Below, piece after piece: positions 12,502 through 26,110 of a stretch of DNA of 64,000 bases; within the stretch, counting starts at the first letter, position 1; the number at the start of each line of letters is the position of its first letter. Under the pieces are notes generated by a model that worked only from the letters and a program-made list of their open reading frames with translations, was not told the DNA's origin and did no database searches. Origin of the DNA: Squalus acanthias (taxonomy: Eukaryota); assembly GCA_030390025.1 (NCBI GenBank), contig JASTWF010000031.1, forward strand, positions 4,712,001 to 4,776,000, in the 5' to 3' direction. Position numbers and translations under genes: made by a program.

Positions 12502-13278
12502 TGTGACATTGAGGTATTATTCAAGTGCTGGCTACATACCTTTGAACAAATACATTGCAAAGTGTCACTGTAATGCAGTAAGTCCCTCTATGTAATATGA
12601 ACGCAAGGTTATATTAGATGGTGCATTATAATGAAGTTGTTTTGTGTCCTCTCTTTAATAATCAGAGAACCATAAATGATATATGTTATACCAGAACTGA
12701 CAACATAGCTGTGATATAATGAGGTTGTTTTTCCACCAGGGAGTCATCAATAATGTGTGATATAGTGCGGATGTATATCGGAGAGCCGGAACAATGGGTT
12801 TACTGTGCATAATTTCAGTGATGCATTGTGCCGTTGTTCAGTTCAGTAACTGCTGTTCTGAAGTATGATAAAGACAATGCACTGTAGGGGGCACTGCACT
12901 GCTTTCAGCACCTGCTGTACCTAACTGAAGCGTTTTACAACTACTGCCCAGAGTTCAGTTCTGGACTTATCTGAAGTGTTTTTTTACACAGACTCTACAA
13001 AGATGGATCAAATGCTGTCACAAGAAGCCAATGTAAATCTGAGCATGGATTAAATTATGCTGAAAACAGTGAACTTGGGTAACGGCAGACAGCTTGAACT
13101 CGAGGCACCACTGCAGTCAGTACATGAATGTCAAAAATTTCTCATGACCATAACAAATAAGAAGTGTTTATAATAGCTTATGACCATGCTCCCTCTCTAT
13201 ACTAATGCGATTGGTTTAATGATGAAGCATTGTATGGAAACAGAGTTGTTCCCCAAAGTGCTTTCATGTTCCACTCAC

Positions 13279-13452
13279 TCTGCATCTGTGTTTGGGTTTG
13301 TGGGCTGAAGTGGGTGGGCACACCCAGAGGTCGCGGACTGGGCGTTGATGGACCAACCCTCATAGCTGTCTGACGGTACCGTTCCAACTCGCTCAGGCGG
13401 TCCGAGAAAAGTGTGCCAGGTTTTGTCTGGTCTTCGAGCTTTTGTCTGTGCC
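13279..13452 (-). CDS. runx3: RUNX3-like coding exon 4 (NLS and start of the Pro/Ser/Thr-rich region)
   Basis: cttttattgcag|GG CAC AGA CAA AAG...ATG CAG A|gtgagt; 174 nt; (R)[68 protein letters not shown] and PSTPSPR are RUNX3-like. Phase 1-1, in frame with exon 3 across a 35,170-nt intron. Confidence 0.93.
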
Positions 13453-14369
13453 CTGCAATAAAAGATAATATATTAAATTAAAATATTTTAGTCTCTTCAC
13501 TTTTCCCTCACGTTCAGCCACACTTCTGTTTGCCTCTACCACCTACCCTTCCAACAACTTTGAACCTGTTGTTGTACAAATTTTTGCGAAGGGAAGTAGG
13601 TATCTTTATAATTGGCTTGAGAGGGGAGTTGGAGGGAGGAAGGTAAATCCAGATCCTGACCTATCCCACAGTGCAGTAGAAATTAAAGCCAGATGCAAGG
13701 CAGATATTTTGTTGTCCAAATTCAAACAAAATATACCCACCTTGCATTGTATCTAATGTCTTTTGGAAGGGAACTGGCTCCTATTGCAATACGTGACAAG
13801 TGTTATCTGCCTAGTCTTTTCATTCAAGATGGCTACTTCGCTATACCCGTCCTTTTCTATAGCATTGTCTGTGGTCGGATGGAGAACCAGTCTAGTGCAG
13901 CATTAACAAACAACTCCACCTGCTGGTCCAGTAGAGAAATTACAAAAACGTACACAATGGAGGCTGGCAAAACCCCATGGCCATCTGTGAGACGGGTGCT
14001 TCCAGAACTGCCTCCCTTGTTTTGAACTGATTGACGTTTCATAACCTTGTTGTGTTGTGAGTACTTCAGGAGTGGCATGTTCATTATGCTGCACACTGCC
14101 ACAAATCCTGCCTGAGATTGACACAACCTGTCTATATCTGATGAGCCCTACTGAATATCATTGACTTCTTAAAGTAAAATCCATGAAACTTGATAAATTC
14201 AATCGGCAAAATGGCGATTTAGATATCCTCCTAAGAAGCATTTGCTCCATTTATTCAGTTTCAAAACTGAATCAGAACTACGAGCTTTATTTCTGCTCCG
14301 AAAGAAAATTATATCTAGTTTCTTAAACACCATGAATTAAGCAATTTTTCTATTTCATAACTGTCACCA

Positions 14370-14490
14370 ACATAGAAACATAGAACATAGAAAAATAGGA
14401 GCAGGAATAGGCCATTCGGCCCTTCGAGCCATTCAATATAATCATGGCTGATCCTCTATCTCAATACCATATTCCCGCTCTCTCCCCAAC
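14370..14490 (-). mobile_element. CR1/HER1 3' tail remnant
   Basis: CATAGAAACATAGAA...GGCCATTCGGCCCTTCGAGCC...ATCATGGCTGATC. Confidence 0.75.
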
Positions 14491-15569
14491 ACAAATACGC
14501 TGTCATCTGTACACATGTTAAATGAAGGAAAAGGTTGTGCAATAGGCCAGTGCTGGGAGGGGTCAAACTGATTTTTGTTTTGTTCCAGTTCCAGATAAAA
14601 ACGTTCTGAGATATCTCTCTCTCGAGGAGTGATAATAGAGACACAAGCTGCTGTCGCTAAATCCCATTGCTAAAATTTTCAGCAAACTTTGATCTAGTGA
14701 CACATATAATCCGAAACATTTATCCCATCTTTTCCAGGTTTCCACGGCTTTTCTTCGGAAGTTACAGCGCTTGAGCAGGAGAACAACACAGTAGTCCACC
14801 TCCATGATACCTAGCAAGCCGCAGGTAGCTGTTGTGGTTTAGCACTGGTTCTCCAGCTTTGAAAAGCTTCCCACAAAGCCTAGCCCAGTAGGCCCCAGGG
14901 TAAGTTGGCACTACAGCACTAGCTACCAGACATACAAATGAGATTTGCACACTTTGGAGCTTACCTAGCCGGCAGTGTGAATGTGAGGAATGGAGATTTA
15001 TCTAAAGTTATCAATTTGCTACTAACTTGTTCTTAGTGCCTAGGTTTATTTTAATTATCGGTCTGCCTGCGAGCAGTGGGTAATGTATTGATTTGGATTT
15101 GGACTTTTATTTATTTGTTTCTTCCTGGGATGTTCATGACACGGTTAAGGACACATTAGCTGCTCATGCCTTGTTGCCCTGAGAAGGCCTTCTCATCAGA
15201 TGGTGGTAGTGAGCCTTCTGTTTCATTGCAATTGTTTTTACAACTGATTGGCTTGCTAGCCCACTTTGGAGCCAATTGTGTAATGGGAGACTGGAATCAT
15301 AGATAGGCCAGACTGGGGAGTGATGGTAGGCTCTCTCCCTGGGGAAGGGCCAGTTGGGTTTTTACAACAATCTGGCAGTTTTCATTCTCGCTAATTTATA
15401 AATTTATTGAATTCAATTTCACAACGTGCCACGATGAGATGTGAACTCAGGGCCACTGGGATGCTTGTCCAGTGGCAGAACCACTACGCTACCAACTTTT
15501 TACCTAACCACCAGCTTCTGAACTGATGATCTAAGACTTCTATCAAGTTATTTCCACCACTGGGACTCT

Positions 15570-15737
15570 GGGGCTGATGTTCTGAGTTTGTGCTGTCGGT
15601 GGGGGGGGGGGGGGGGAAGCCTAACTTTCCGACCGTGCACGCTGGGAAATCGTCGGTACGCTGCCCACGATTCACTGCTGTGCATGGCCAGTGGGCCAGG
15701 AACCCCACCAGCAGCGCAAGCTCAGAAAATGAACCCC
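15570..15737. mobile_element. Small palindromic MITE (PIF/Harbinger-like ends)
   Basis: About 35-bp imperfect TIRs GGGGCTGATGTTCTGAGTTTGTGCTG / CAGCGCAAGCTCAGAAAATGAACCCC; flanks TCT and TAT. Confidence 0.6.
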
Positions 15738-17629
15738 TATATCCAAAGCTTCATTGTTTGCCTCTGTCTGCGACCACAGCCTTGCCTGTCTGACCGAACC
15801 TCTCAGCTCAATAAACAATCTCTCCCAACCTGTGTCGTGCAAGATACCTGTGAATAGTGTGCAGACAGCCACTTCAGCTCAATTCAATATGCCATAATCG
15901 TCTCTTTCTCCCCCTGATTTTGCTGGAAGTGCTGAGGAAAGGTTTCAAAGTCAAGTGTGCTTTCAATGTCTTTCAGCTCATTGTAAACCTTTTCAGTCTG
16001 CCTCTCTCTCCTGTGTCAGCACATTCTTCAACCACCCATAAGTCCATAGTGCGATAACATTAAACACCATGCACTATGATAAGCTCTCTATTTGACTAAC
16101 AACGTCCTCAGATTCAGCAGTACACTCGCTAGTTTTCCATCGATGCTCAGAGCTCGATTTTCGTGGCTCACGAGCAATATGCAGTTGGCAGTATAACTTT
16201 GGCTTGTAGGCTGCTCGAAGCAGGTACAGCTCTTAAAGCAGCACCTGTCGTAAAATTCAACATTTCTTAGAGCTTCATAAATAAACTGGATCTTAAAAGG
16301 GCTGGATCTTTTTAGTTATTGTTATCCTGTTGCTATACTACTGCATACAGTAAGTTGTCATTCAATTTTTATTTTGGACCCAGTGTGCAATGATGTCGAG
16401 TTTTGAACATGTTTTAGTAGCAGACAAACGTTTACAGCAGGATCAGAGCTGACAAAAGCCAGGTCTTATCTGTCCGTAGCTGAGAGATGAAAAGCGACAA
16501 AAATCTCTTTGAAAATTCTTATATTGTAAATGTGCCCAGTTGCTGCAATAAAAAGTCTCACCAACAGCCTTTAAGCAATCTACTTGAAAGTCTCTGTACT
16601 TTCCTGCCCATCCTACTGGTTATGAGATTAAGCAGCAGAACGACTGAAGGAATGTGTTAATTGCTAATTAATGTGCAGAGGGATCAGTTTGGGCCTGAGA
16701 TGAAATTAAGTACTTACAACTAATCCTAACTTGAAATGCTTAATAAATTGGCAATTAAGGCAAAGTTTCAATTCCGAATTGGCTCAGTTAATAATGATTT
16801 AAAACATCTATCAATTTAAGGAAAAATATTTCTTGTAAGAGGCAACAAAGCTCCGTAAATCAAGAGTTCATAAAGTTTATAGCTAAATACATAGATTAAA
16901 TAGGTTAATTCATCATCCAACTCATTGTTATTTGTGGGATGTTATGAGTACAAGATGGTTGCAGCATTTGCCCACATAACAGTCACTGCACTTCAAAGTA
17001 ATTCATTGTGTGAAGTGCTTTGATACTTTCCAACATGACAAGATACTATATAAATGCAAGTATTATTAATAATCATATGTTAAAAAGCCGGCAGCATTCG
17101 ATTTCCTGAATAGAGTCTCTGTTTTTTATTTATCTTCTGATGTCTCAGTGTGCACACTTCACTTTAGCCTGAACCGTATTTTTGAAATTTAAACTGTATT
17201 TCATTTTCTACCACCTAGCGACAGGTTGTCTGGTTGCCAGAATGTACAGCGAGTGCAACTCCACAGCAGCGGCTGCTTTGAGAAAGCTGGTGCTTTTTTG
17301 CTCATTTTGAGCTGGTGACAATTCCAGTACTACAGACACAGTCTTTGACAGGAACCATTTAACACAAAAACAAGCAACGGAAAGTACAGGCAGGCAGCCC
17401 AATCCCCAAATTAACCCATTAACAAATAACTGTGTTACAACCTAGTAATAAGGTCATATTTGGGTTTTTATATTCAAGATTTTGTTTCATTCTGGGAAAA
17501 TTAGGCTTCAGCAGGGTAAGTGACAATTATGTTTATATATATTGACCTTCGAAAAAACAATAAAAACATGGTTAACCATTGAAAATGCACACTGAAGTGG
17601 ACGGTCATGGACAGTCAGTAGTTGCCATG

Positions 17630-18560
17630 GGAATAAGGTCAAAAATGGGGATGTTCGCTGATGACTGCACAGTGTTCAGTGCCCTTCACAACTCCTCAGA
17701 TAATGAAGCAGTCCATGCCTGCATGCAACAAGACCTGGACGACGTTCAGGCTTGGGCTGATAAGTGGCAGGTAATATTCGCGCCGCAGAAGTGCCAGGCA
17801 ATGACTATCTCCAACAAACGAGAGTCTAACCACCGTCCCTTGACATTCAATGGCATTACCATCGCCGAATTCCCCACCATCAACATCCTGGGTGTCACCA
17901 TTGACCATAAACTTAACTGGACCAGCCACATAAATACTGTGGCAACAAGAGCAGGTCAGAGGCTAGGTATTCTGTGGCTAGTGTCACACCTCCTGACTCC
18001 CCAAAGCCTTTCCACCAACTACCAGGCACAAGTAAGGAGTGTGATGGAATACTCTCCACTTGTCTGGATGAGTGCAGCTCCAACAACACTAAAGAAGCTC
18101 GACACCATCCAGGACAAAGCAGCCCGCTTGATTGGCACCCCATCCACCACCTTAAACATTCACTCCCTCTACCACCGACGTACCGTGTCTACAGTGTGTA
18201 CCATCTACAAGATGCACTGCAGCAACTCACCAAGGCTTCTTCGGCAGCACCTCCCAAACCCGCGACCTCTTCCATCTAGAAGGACAAGGGCAGCAGGCGC
18301 ATGGGAACACCACCACCTCCAAGTTCCCCTCCAAGTCACACACCATCCTGACTTAGAAGTATATCGCCGATCCTTTATCATCGCTGGGTCAAAATCCTGG
18401 AACTCCCTACCTAACAGCACTGTGGGAGTACCTTCACCACACTGACTGCAGCGGTTCAAGAAGGCAGCTCACCACCATCTTCTCAAGGGCAATTAGGGGT
18501 GGGAAATAAATGCTGGCCTTGCCAGCGACGTCCACATCCCATAAACGAATAAAAAAAAAA
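17630..18560 (+). mobile_element. 5'-truncated CR1-group LINE (distinct from HER1): RT C-terminal half and 3' UTR
   Basis: ORF with MFADDCTVF, DLDDVQAWADKWQVIFAPQKC, LGVTIDHKLNWTSHI and RSVMEYSPLVW; A-rich tail. A related 3' remnant lies at about 43015-43203. Confidence 0.9.
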
Positions 18561-20319
18561 TGTGTTGGGCTAAACACATATCAAATCTACAACCGGGACC
18601 ATCATTTGAACTCATTTGGCTTCCCTGGACAATGTTAATTGGCTCTTAGCTCGGGCTGTAATCCTGGAAAACTCTACAGAGAAATACACCGAGCAAGACA
18701 AATCATTCCAAAGAGGGGCACCTCTTTCAGGCTGGTCATCCCAGCAGCACTGACACCAACTGTCTAACCTTCCAGAGAGGAGGTGGAATAGCAGTAAGAC
18801 AGTGTGGGAGCTCCAAAACAGAGGAGCACCTGACATATGGATAATAAAGGGAAATGGTTCCACCTGGTAGGGATATATTAATGCTGCTCTCCCAGGTGAG
18901 CGACACAGGGTGACCCACCCACCAACTCTCCCTCCCTCCGTCTGGTGGGGAAGTGCCTTGTGTCTATTATATTTCTACACCTAATGGTCTAGCTGAGATT
19001 GGGTCATGATCCTGTGGAAAGTTGCAGCACTCCAGGCCATGCTAGCTATGTCGCCAATCAAATGCCCACAACATTGCCGCCACGTGTCCCTGCTCCAGAC
19101 ACACTGCGGTTTTAACAAAATGATAAAACTTCTGAAGATCCAACGACAGTTGCTATTTGGTCCATTATTGGTAGAAATTTGCATTTTTTTTTTACTATAT
19201 TGCCTGACAAGGAGGCATTTGTGTTCCGTACCACTTGTATTCCAGTGAGCAGAACCTCTCCCCCCATGATAAAAAAAAAACACTGAACTAACTTTTGGTT
19301 CCCCAATCTAAAATAGAAGGGAGCTCAGTTCTGACACATGCCTGCATTTCCAGTGCTTAAGAGGATTAACTTCACCTAAAATAGGGATGAGGTAATATTT
19401 GTAAAGCAGCAACATGCTGTATATACTCATCAGTCAGAAAAAGTAGACAAAGGGGTTTTCTGATTCATATTGCCAAAATTTAACTGATATGCTAACAGTT
19501 ACACCCTTGCATTTCACAGTTTTCATACCTCTGCACCATTAGTGCTTTGGTTTTTATTTTAATTCAGGAAATTTTTCAGTTAAAACTCCGTTTTAAAGAA
19601 AACTCCAAACACAGATGCCCATCTTATAATTGAACACACGCAAAAGCCACAAGACCCAGCATAAACAGCCAGAGAAATATTTAGGAGGGAACAGACTCTT
19701 CTAGTGACTAACAGAGGCAGTCACAGATAGATTATTATTCACATGTTTGAAGTTGGCTTGCTTGCGCCATTTGGAAAGGGATCCAGTCACGCCAAGTCTT
19801 TGCCTTGGCTGTACTCTGTGCTGCTTAAACACTGCAGCTACTGTCTACTCCCCACAACGTTCCAAATGTCAACTTTTAAAAAAGAAACCCGCCCAAAGCC
19901 AAAGTGTCTGTGCTTCACTCAGAGATTTTTTTTTTTTTTTACCAGCCTTAACAAATATAGGGCAAGAAAAAAAAGAATCATTCCAACACTACAATAATTC
20001 ATATTGCTTAAGGTTATATTACACTTGTGATGAATTGGCTGCCTCTAAAGGCGCAAAGAAAATATCCATTTAAAGGGAAATAGGCTGGCTGGCATCCAGT
20101 TGGCAGAAGGATGTCAGCTGCTGAAGTCTGTGAGATTTGGACTGCCTTTAGTCAGAACAGTGGGAGAAATGTTCATTAAAGGCCTGATGTTGATTATGTG
20201 GAGGTAAAGTTTCCAGAAGTCCAGAGCTACACAGAAGGCAAAGGCAGTCGGAAGCATAATAGTCAGTTTTATAACGCACCGATTACATTCTGTCCTGTTG
20301 AAAGTAATGAAAGTCTGTG

Positions 20320-21015
20320 GCGGCCAGATGAACTATTTATAACATCGGCGTAATACTTTCTCTCATACCGAGGAAAAAGGAACCTGCATCGAGCAGCTGA
20401 ATTGCTAATAACACACTGTTATGCTCTTATAACCTACCCATTACACGCTTCCCCTTAATACTGTCACTGCAAGCAATAGCAACATGGGTGAGCTGCTTAA
20501 CTGTTTACAAACCACATGTTACACTGTTATAACACACCTGTCTCACTGCAAGCAACAGGAATAAATGCTGACCAGGTGAACTATTTAGAAAATGCATGTT
20601 CCACTCGAAACACACCTGTAATGCTCTCTCATTCTGAGCAACATGAACATGAGACAAACACCTGAACATTTATAACAGATCCATCACACTCTCTCTCGTG
20701 CTGTTATAACACACTTGTAATACTCTCTCATCGCAGCTAAGAGGATTGTGCACTCAGCAACTGAACAATTACCGTTTATAACACACACGTTACACCCCGA
20801 TAAGTCATTTGTAACACGTTCTCATTGTGAGCAACACAACCATGAACGGAGCAGTTTCGAGCACACCCATTGTGTTTTTACAAAACACCTTACACTCATT
20901 CTGTAAGCGGAATTAACATGTGCCGAGCAGCCAAATAGTTGAGGAAACACCCATTACTCTCTTTCTCTTAATGTCAACAACAGAAGCATGTGCTGAGCAG
21001 TGGAACTATTAATAA
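20320..21015. repeat. Highly degenerate tandem array, about 8-9 units of 65-100 nt
   Basis: Recurrent, ordered motifs GAGCAGnTGAACTATTTATAAC, ATAACACACCTGTAA and CTCTCTCATTGTGAGCAACA. Confidence 0.6.
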
Positions 21016-21315
21016 TGAGGGCTAGACATTTAGCAGATGTCGACGCACTGGGCACCTGCATCACGTTGGAGGGCACCTGGGATACAGGATGTGCTTGATG
21101 TCTCTCCAAGTCTCTCTCCTACCCAATGTCCAATCCAACCGAGATGTGCCAGTAGAAAAAAAAAGGCTTCTGCTCTCCGGCTAATATTAAATGAGATTGT
21201 GGGAATGCGACTCAGAGACCAAACAGACTTGTTACCACAATAGAGAATAGACTGGTTTCAGATTGTAAGGTATCTCCTACTAACAACATTTCTAAAACCC
21301 TTCTCAATGTGAGAA

Positions 21316-21735
21316 ACAACTTATATTTAGATAGCGCCTTTAACGTAGCAAAACATCCCAAGGCACTTCACAGGAGCGTTATCAAACAAAATTTGACACC
21401 GAGCCACATAAGGAGAAATTAGGGCAGATGACGAAAAGCTTGGTCAAAGAGAGGTTTTAAGCTGTGTTTAAAGGAGGAAAGAGAGGTAGAGAGGCAGAGA
21501 GGTTTAGGAAGGGAGTTCCAGAGCTTAGGGCCTTGACAGCTGAAGGCACGATTGCCAATGGTGGAGTGATTAAAATCAGGGATGCTCAAGAGGGCAGAAT
21601 TGGAGGAGCGCAGATATCTCGGCAGGTTCTAGGGCTTGAGGAGATTACAGAGATAGGGAGGGGCGAGGCCATGGAGAGATTTGAAAACAAGAATGAGAAT
21701 TTAAAATCGAAGCGTTGCTTAACTGGGAGCCAGAG
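21316..21735 (-). mobile_element. L2-type LINE 3' fragment
   Basis: Reverse complement of the 41355-41960 element (TAAAGGCGCTAT.TAAATA.AAGTTGTT tail). Confidence 0.85.
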
Positions 21736-23109
21736 CAGGCCTATTTTACCCCTGCACATTTGAAGGGGGTACTTGCAAACCCAAGTGGAATCAGGCAAAA
21801 TGGAGGCATAAAAGGGCACTGCTTCTTTAAGCTGACACTTGGGGAAAAAAACAGCAGATTTTATTTTAAAATGAAACATTTCCAGTTGTTCCCAGTATTA
21901 TTATTGTAGAGATCACTTTAGCCTGTAAGAAAACATACGTTATTTCCAACACCTCTCTCGTTTGGTGCAGATTTGTGTTTGGCAAGATTGATTTTAGAAA
22001 TTTAAATACCACCAATGCATTCAAATTCATTTATCTCTGAAACTTACACAGGGCATGGGACATTGGCAGCACAGATATGAGATGCAAGAGTGGGGTTAGG
22101 TCAGAGCAAAAGGAGGGATCAGAGGTAAAGCAATAGGAAGGAGAAAGATCCAGAGAATGGAGTGGGCAAGTGCGGAAAACAACATAACATTTTGCAGAAA
22201 TTCTCTCAGTGAATCAAACTGTGAAGTTCAGTTTCTGTCTCCTGTTTCTATACCAGTGATGTGTGTGAATTATAACCCCTAGGTGGCACAGGCCACATTT
22301 GGACCCTTGAATTTAATTCAGAAGAAAAGCTTTAATAAACAACGGTGCCACCTGTTTATTAATTTGGACAGGTAGAATATGCACTCAGTTATACAAAACT
22401 TGTGAAGCACTCGCTGAAAGGCATGCGCGCAAAAAAATACTAACATTGAGCCTTGTTTAAAATGTTCCTCATTATGGTCTTTCTTATTGTGATCAACTTG
22501 AGGAAGTGCTGAGCAACTGGACTCTTTATGACAGGTGGGCGTGTCCAGCAGGCAGCATGGCTCTTCCTCTTAGGTGACCGATATTTTCTATTCCTTTACA
22601 TGTGACGGGGTCTGGCTGCCCAGTGGTCTTTCAGATTCTCACCTATGCAGTGGTGCCCTTCCTTTTCTGAAGGCAAAACAAATCCCGATAGATTTATGGT
22701 GAAGAATTATTTTTGGAAAAAGTCTGAGGTACCCATTAATGGCAATTTTTTTTAAAATTGAAAACAGTTACTAGATTAAAAATAGATGATTTTTAGAAAC
22801 ACTGGAGTGCTACAGATGAAAATGTCACTGAAAGGAACACAGTTTTGGGGACGTCGCTGCATTTTACAAGCACTCACGAGTTACACAACCACATCTGTGT
22901 ACTGGGTCCATAACTGTTCCCTACCACTTCTGTAATCAAAAGACTTATCAGTTCAGTTCGAGGTAGTTCTTATTGCTGTTCCTGCATCCCCTTATCCCTG
23001 GGTGAAAAGGTTTCTGCATATTTTCCCTTCCTCCTTTCTTTTTCACTGCTTAGATCCCCCCTTTACCGTTTTTTTCACAGCACCTGGAAGCATTAACTCC
23101 TTGATGCGA

Positions 23110-23450
23110 TATAGATCCGCCTGATACCTTTCCCCAAATGGCCATTCTTCACCTGTGAACCCAAAGACTGGGCATTAGCAGCATATTTGACTGTGGGGGC
23201 ACCACATCAAACCGAACTCTGTCCTCACTCGACATCCACACGTGCTTTTCCAGCAGGGCAGAATGAATCGTAATGAGAAGCAAGCTGATTTCCCCCTCCC
23301 TAACCAAGGGGTACTGTGGGCAATTAAATCACCCCTATCACCAACCTAGCTGAGATCAGCGAACTCAGCACAGACCTGGGATTGAAACTGGGATTTTTCA
23401 GATCTCTGTGGCTTAAGTGCTCACTGGATAAACTCACTAAACCATTGGGG
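23110..23450 (-). mobile_element. Old tRNA-derived SINE-like repeat, family not identified
   Basis: Head and body motifs (CCCAG.TT.AATCCC, GCTGATCTCA) shared in inverted orientation with about 42965-43400. Confidence 0.5.
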
Positions 23451-23575
23451 GAATTAGGTCTTTGTATCTTTTAATTATTTATGTGAGGTGATTTCCAACC
23501 TGGCGTCCTTTATAGCGCGTTAATGAAACAATGTGCCGAAAATACTTTTATTAGATCATAAAAATTTAATGCGTT

Positions 23576-23577
<2 letters not shown>

Positions 23578-23612
<35 letters not shown>
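23578..23612. repeat. (CA)n microsatellite
   Basis: Direct reading. Confidence 0.95.
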
Positions 23613-23614
<2 letters not shown>

Positions 23615-23639
23615 ATGTTAAAATGAGCATTGAACTATT

Positions 23640-24406
23640 GGCCCAGAATTTGCTGGAGTGGGGCATTGCACAGCATGTCCCATTACTTAGACTTCTTCCC
23701 CTCACCCTTCAGCCCCAAAAAATTTACGCTTCGCTTCAAATTGCTGGATGTGCGAGCTGATAACGGCACAGCGAAGGCAACGGGACATCTGGGACCTTAG
23801 TGACCGACGGGACCAACAATCTATCTCCTTAACCAATGAGATTTAAGGATTGAGAAAGAAACAGAGGAACGATGGAGAAGGAAATTGGGTGAATTAGGAG
23901 TCAAATTAGGTACAGAAAGAGAAATAGAGCGAAAGAAAAATTGGATTAAGAGAGAGAGATAGAAAAAAATGAAACAGAAAGGAAAAGTAAGAAAAACATT
24001 AAAAAATATTAAATTTTTAAAATCTCAAGATCAATTTACTAACTGCAGGACTGAGCCTCCACAGTTTCAATTGTTCCCTTTCTGGGCTGGAGACGTTGAG
24101 CGGCATTGCAGGAACATAAATCTCGTCATTAAAAAGGGTATTTACGCTGCTAAGTACCAACCAAACGCCGAGTTTAATGGACAATTAATGGACAAATGCA
24201 GCAATTTCTTGAAACTCGCGGGGAGGTTGAGGGCGAGCTGCTGTTGCCGCGAGGCTAACGTTGGAGCGGCGCAAATCATCCAGCAACTTGTGGCGATTTG
24301 CAGTGCACTGGGTATCTCTTCCTCGCCACAAATTGCTGGACGATTTACACACTAATAACGGTGTGCGCATTAAACTCACCGTTACTTTGCCAGAAATTTC
24401 TGGTCC
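23640..24406. mobile_element. Non-autonomous DNA transposon, PIF/Harbinger-like
   Basis: ATT|GGCCCAGAATTT...AAATTTCTGGTCC|ATT: short TIRs with a perfect 3-bp TSD; CpG-rich subterminal regions. Confidence 0.7.
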
Positions 24407-25753
24407 ATTAATAATAAGAATTCATCTAGTCATTTATAATCTACCTATCCTATGTGCTTAGGAGACAGGAATATATTGGAAACATATGACTACTGGCTGC
24501 ACTCTAATGCCACTAGCTCAGCCAGCGATCAATTGTAATATGACCCAATTGCCAACGTACAGTTGCTGATGCCAAACGAATTCTAAAATTAAATATAAAA
24601 ATGCCCTTCCATAGGGAGGTATCTGGATGCAAGTCTAGAATAACATTTAAGCTCTCCTGCCACCCATGGGAAAATTATGGTGGTCATGATCAAGCCACTT
24701 GTTGAAATGCAGCAATGAGAAGAACAATGTGCAAGACCAATCCCAGCCTGCAAAAGTGCGCCTCCTACTGGCTAGCCACAGATCACCACTGTGATAGACC
24801 AGGAAGAAACCCATGGCACAGATTCCCCTATCTCTATTTTATCAATATAAGTATGATCAGTGCTGCTCTTAAATTTCCTCACTTCTTCCCATCAAGCTGC
24901 AAGTACAAGCTCCCACAAGCTCCTCCTCTGCGTCACTGTTGAATCAGACTCGCTGCACTGTATGCTTCTCTGACTTATTGCCAGGATGCAGATTCCCTTA
25001 CCGCCCTCAGTCTTTCCCTCCTCCCTGCAATCGTCAGGCTTTCAAAACTCAAGTTTGGCGTCAGCTAATCACTAGTTCTTGATTTACCTCAGCCTCTACC
25101 TTTTTCAACCGTGCACTATATGGGCCTTGGCTTTTTCTCCTAGGTCTATCAGTAAAAAGAATTCGAAGTCAAGAAGGAAGTGGTGGGAGTGGAAGGCAGC
25201 AGTGGAGAACCTTTTTTAAAAAAGGGAAACAGCAGGAGAGATATGAAAATGAGTAAGAATTGATTGGCCATCCCATAATATACTTGCCTCAGGGAACCAT
25301 CAGGGTATCTGTTTGACGGCTTTCTGCCAGCTCATGTGAACAGCAGCATATTTATTCACTCTGAGGTAATAAAGGCTCTTCACTACAGGCAACTAGGTAT
25401 GATTGATGAATCTCCCATGATACAAATCCCTTCTGTTCAGATTCACTACTGTATATCTAAAGACACTAATAAAAACTGCAGTGTAAATAAAGTTGACCAA
25501 AGATACACCTGTAAAATAAAATTCCAGCTGACGGGTTTCTTCCTGTTGTTTGTCCGTGAGCAGAGCAAACAAGTTAGCAAGGAATGCAGGAATGAGGTTT
25601 CTTTTTCAACTAGGATCTGGCCTACAGCCAACTGGCGTGCCACAGCCGACTGCTTTGGCCGGTAAACAGTGCAGATTTATTTGTGGAGGTGACAAAGCAT
25701 AACTAGAATTGAAAAAGTTAAAATAATTTAAAATCCTCAACATGTTGCAGTGC

Positions 25754-26110
25754 GTAGAGTTTACAGCACAGAGACAGGCCATTCAGCCCCACAGATCTAT
25801 GCCAGGTGCTTATGCTCCACACGAACCTCCTCTCAAGTGACTTCATCTCACTCTATCAACATATCCTTCTATTCCTTTCTCCCTCGTGTGTTTATCCAGC
25901 TTCCCCTTCAATGCATCTATGCTATTCGCCTCAACCACTCCCAGCGGTAGCGAGTTCCACATTCTCACCACTCTCCGGGTAAAGAAGTTTCTCCTGAATT
26001 GCTCATTGGATTTATCAGTGACTATCTTGTATTTATGGCTCCTAGTTTTGGACTCCCCCACAAGTGGAAACATCCTCTCTACGTCCACCCTATCGAACCC
26101 CTTCAGAATC
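25754..26110 (-). mobile_element. CR1-type LINE 3' fragment
   Basis: DVERMFPLVGESKTRSHKYKIV...RRNFFTRRVVRMWNSLP; same subgroup as the 3' end of the 34.9-37.9 kb element. Confidence 0.9.

Noticed and set aside
1-13278. Terminal runx3 exon (PPPY...VWRPY) or a RUNX1-like PPWSYDQSY exon
   Set aside because: No matching translation found by eye or in the ORF track. It probably lies left of the window, though the gap at 7618-7800 could hide sequence.
17579-18445. 288-aa host gene
   Set aside because: It is the C-terminal half of a LINE ORF2, beginning just before the FADD motif; the ORF start lies in unrelated flank.
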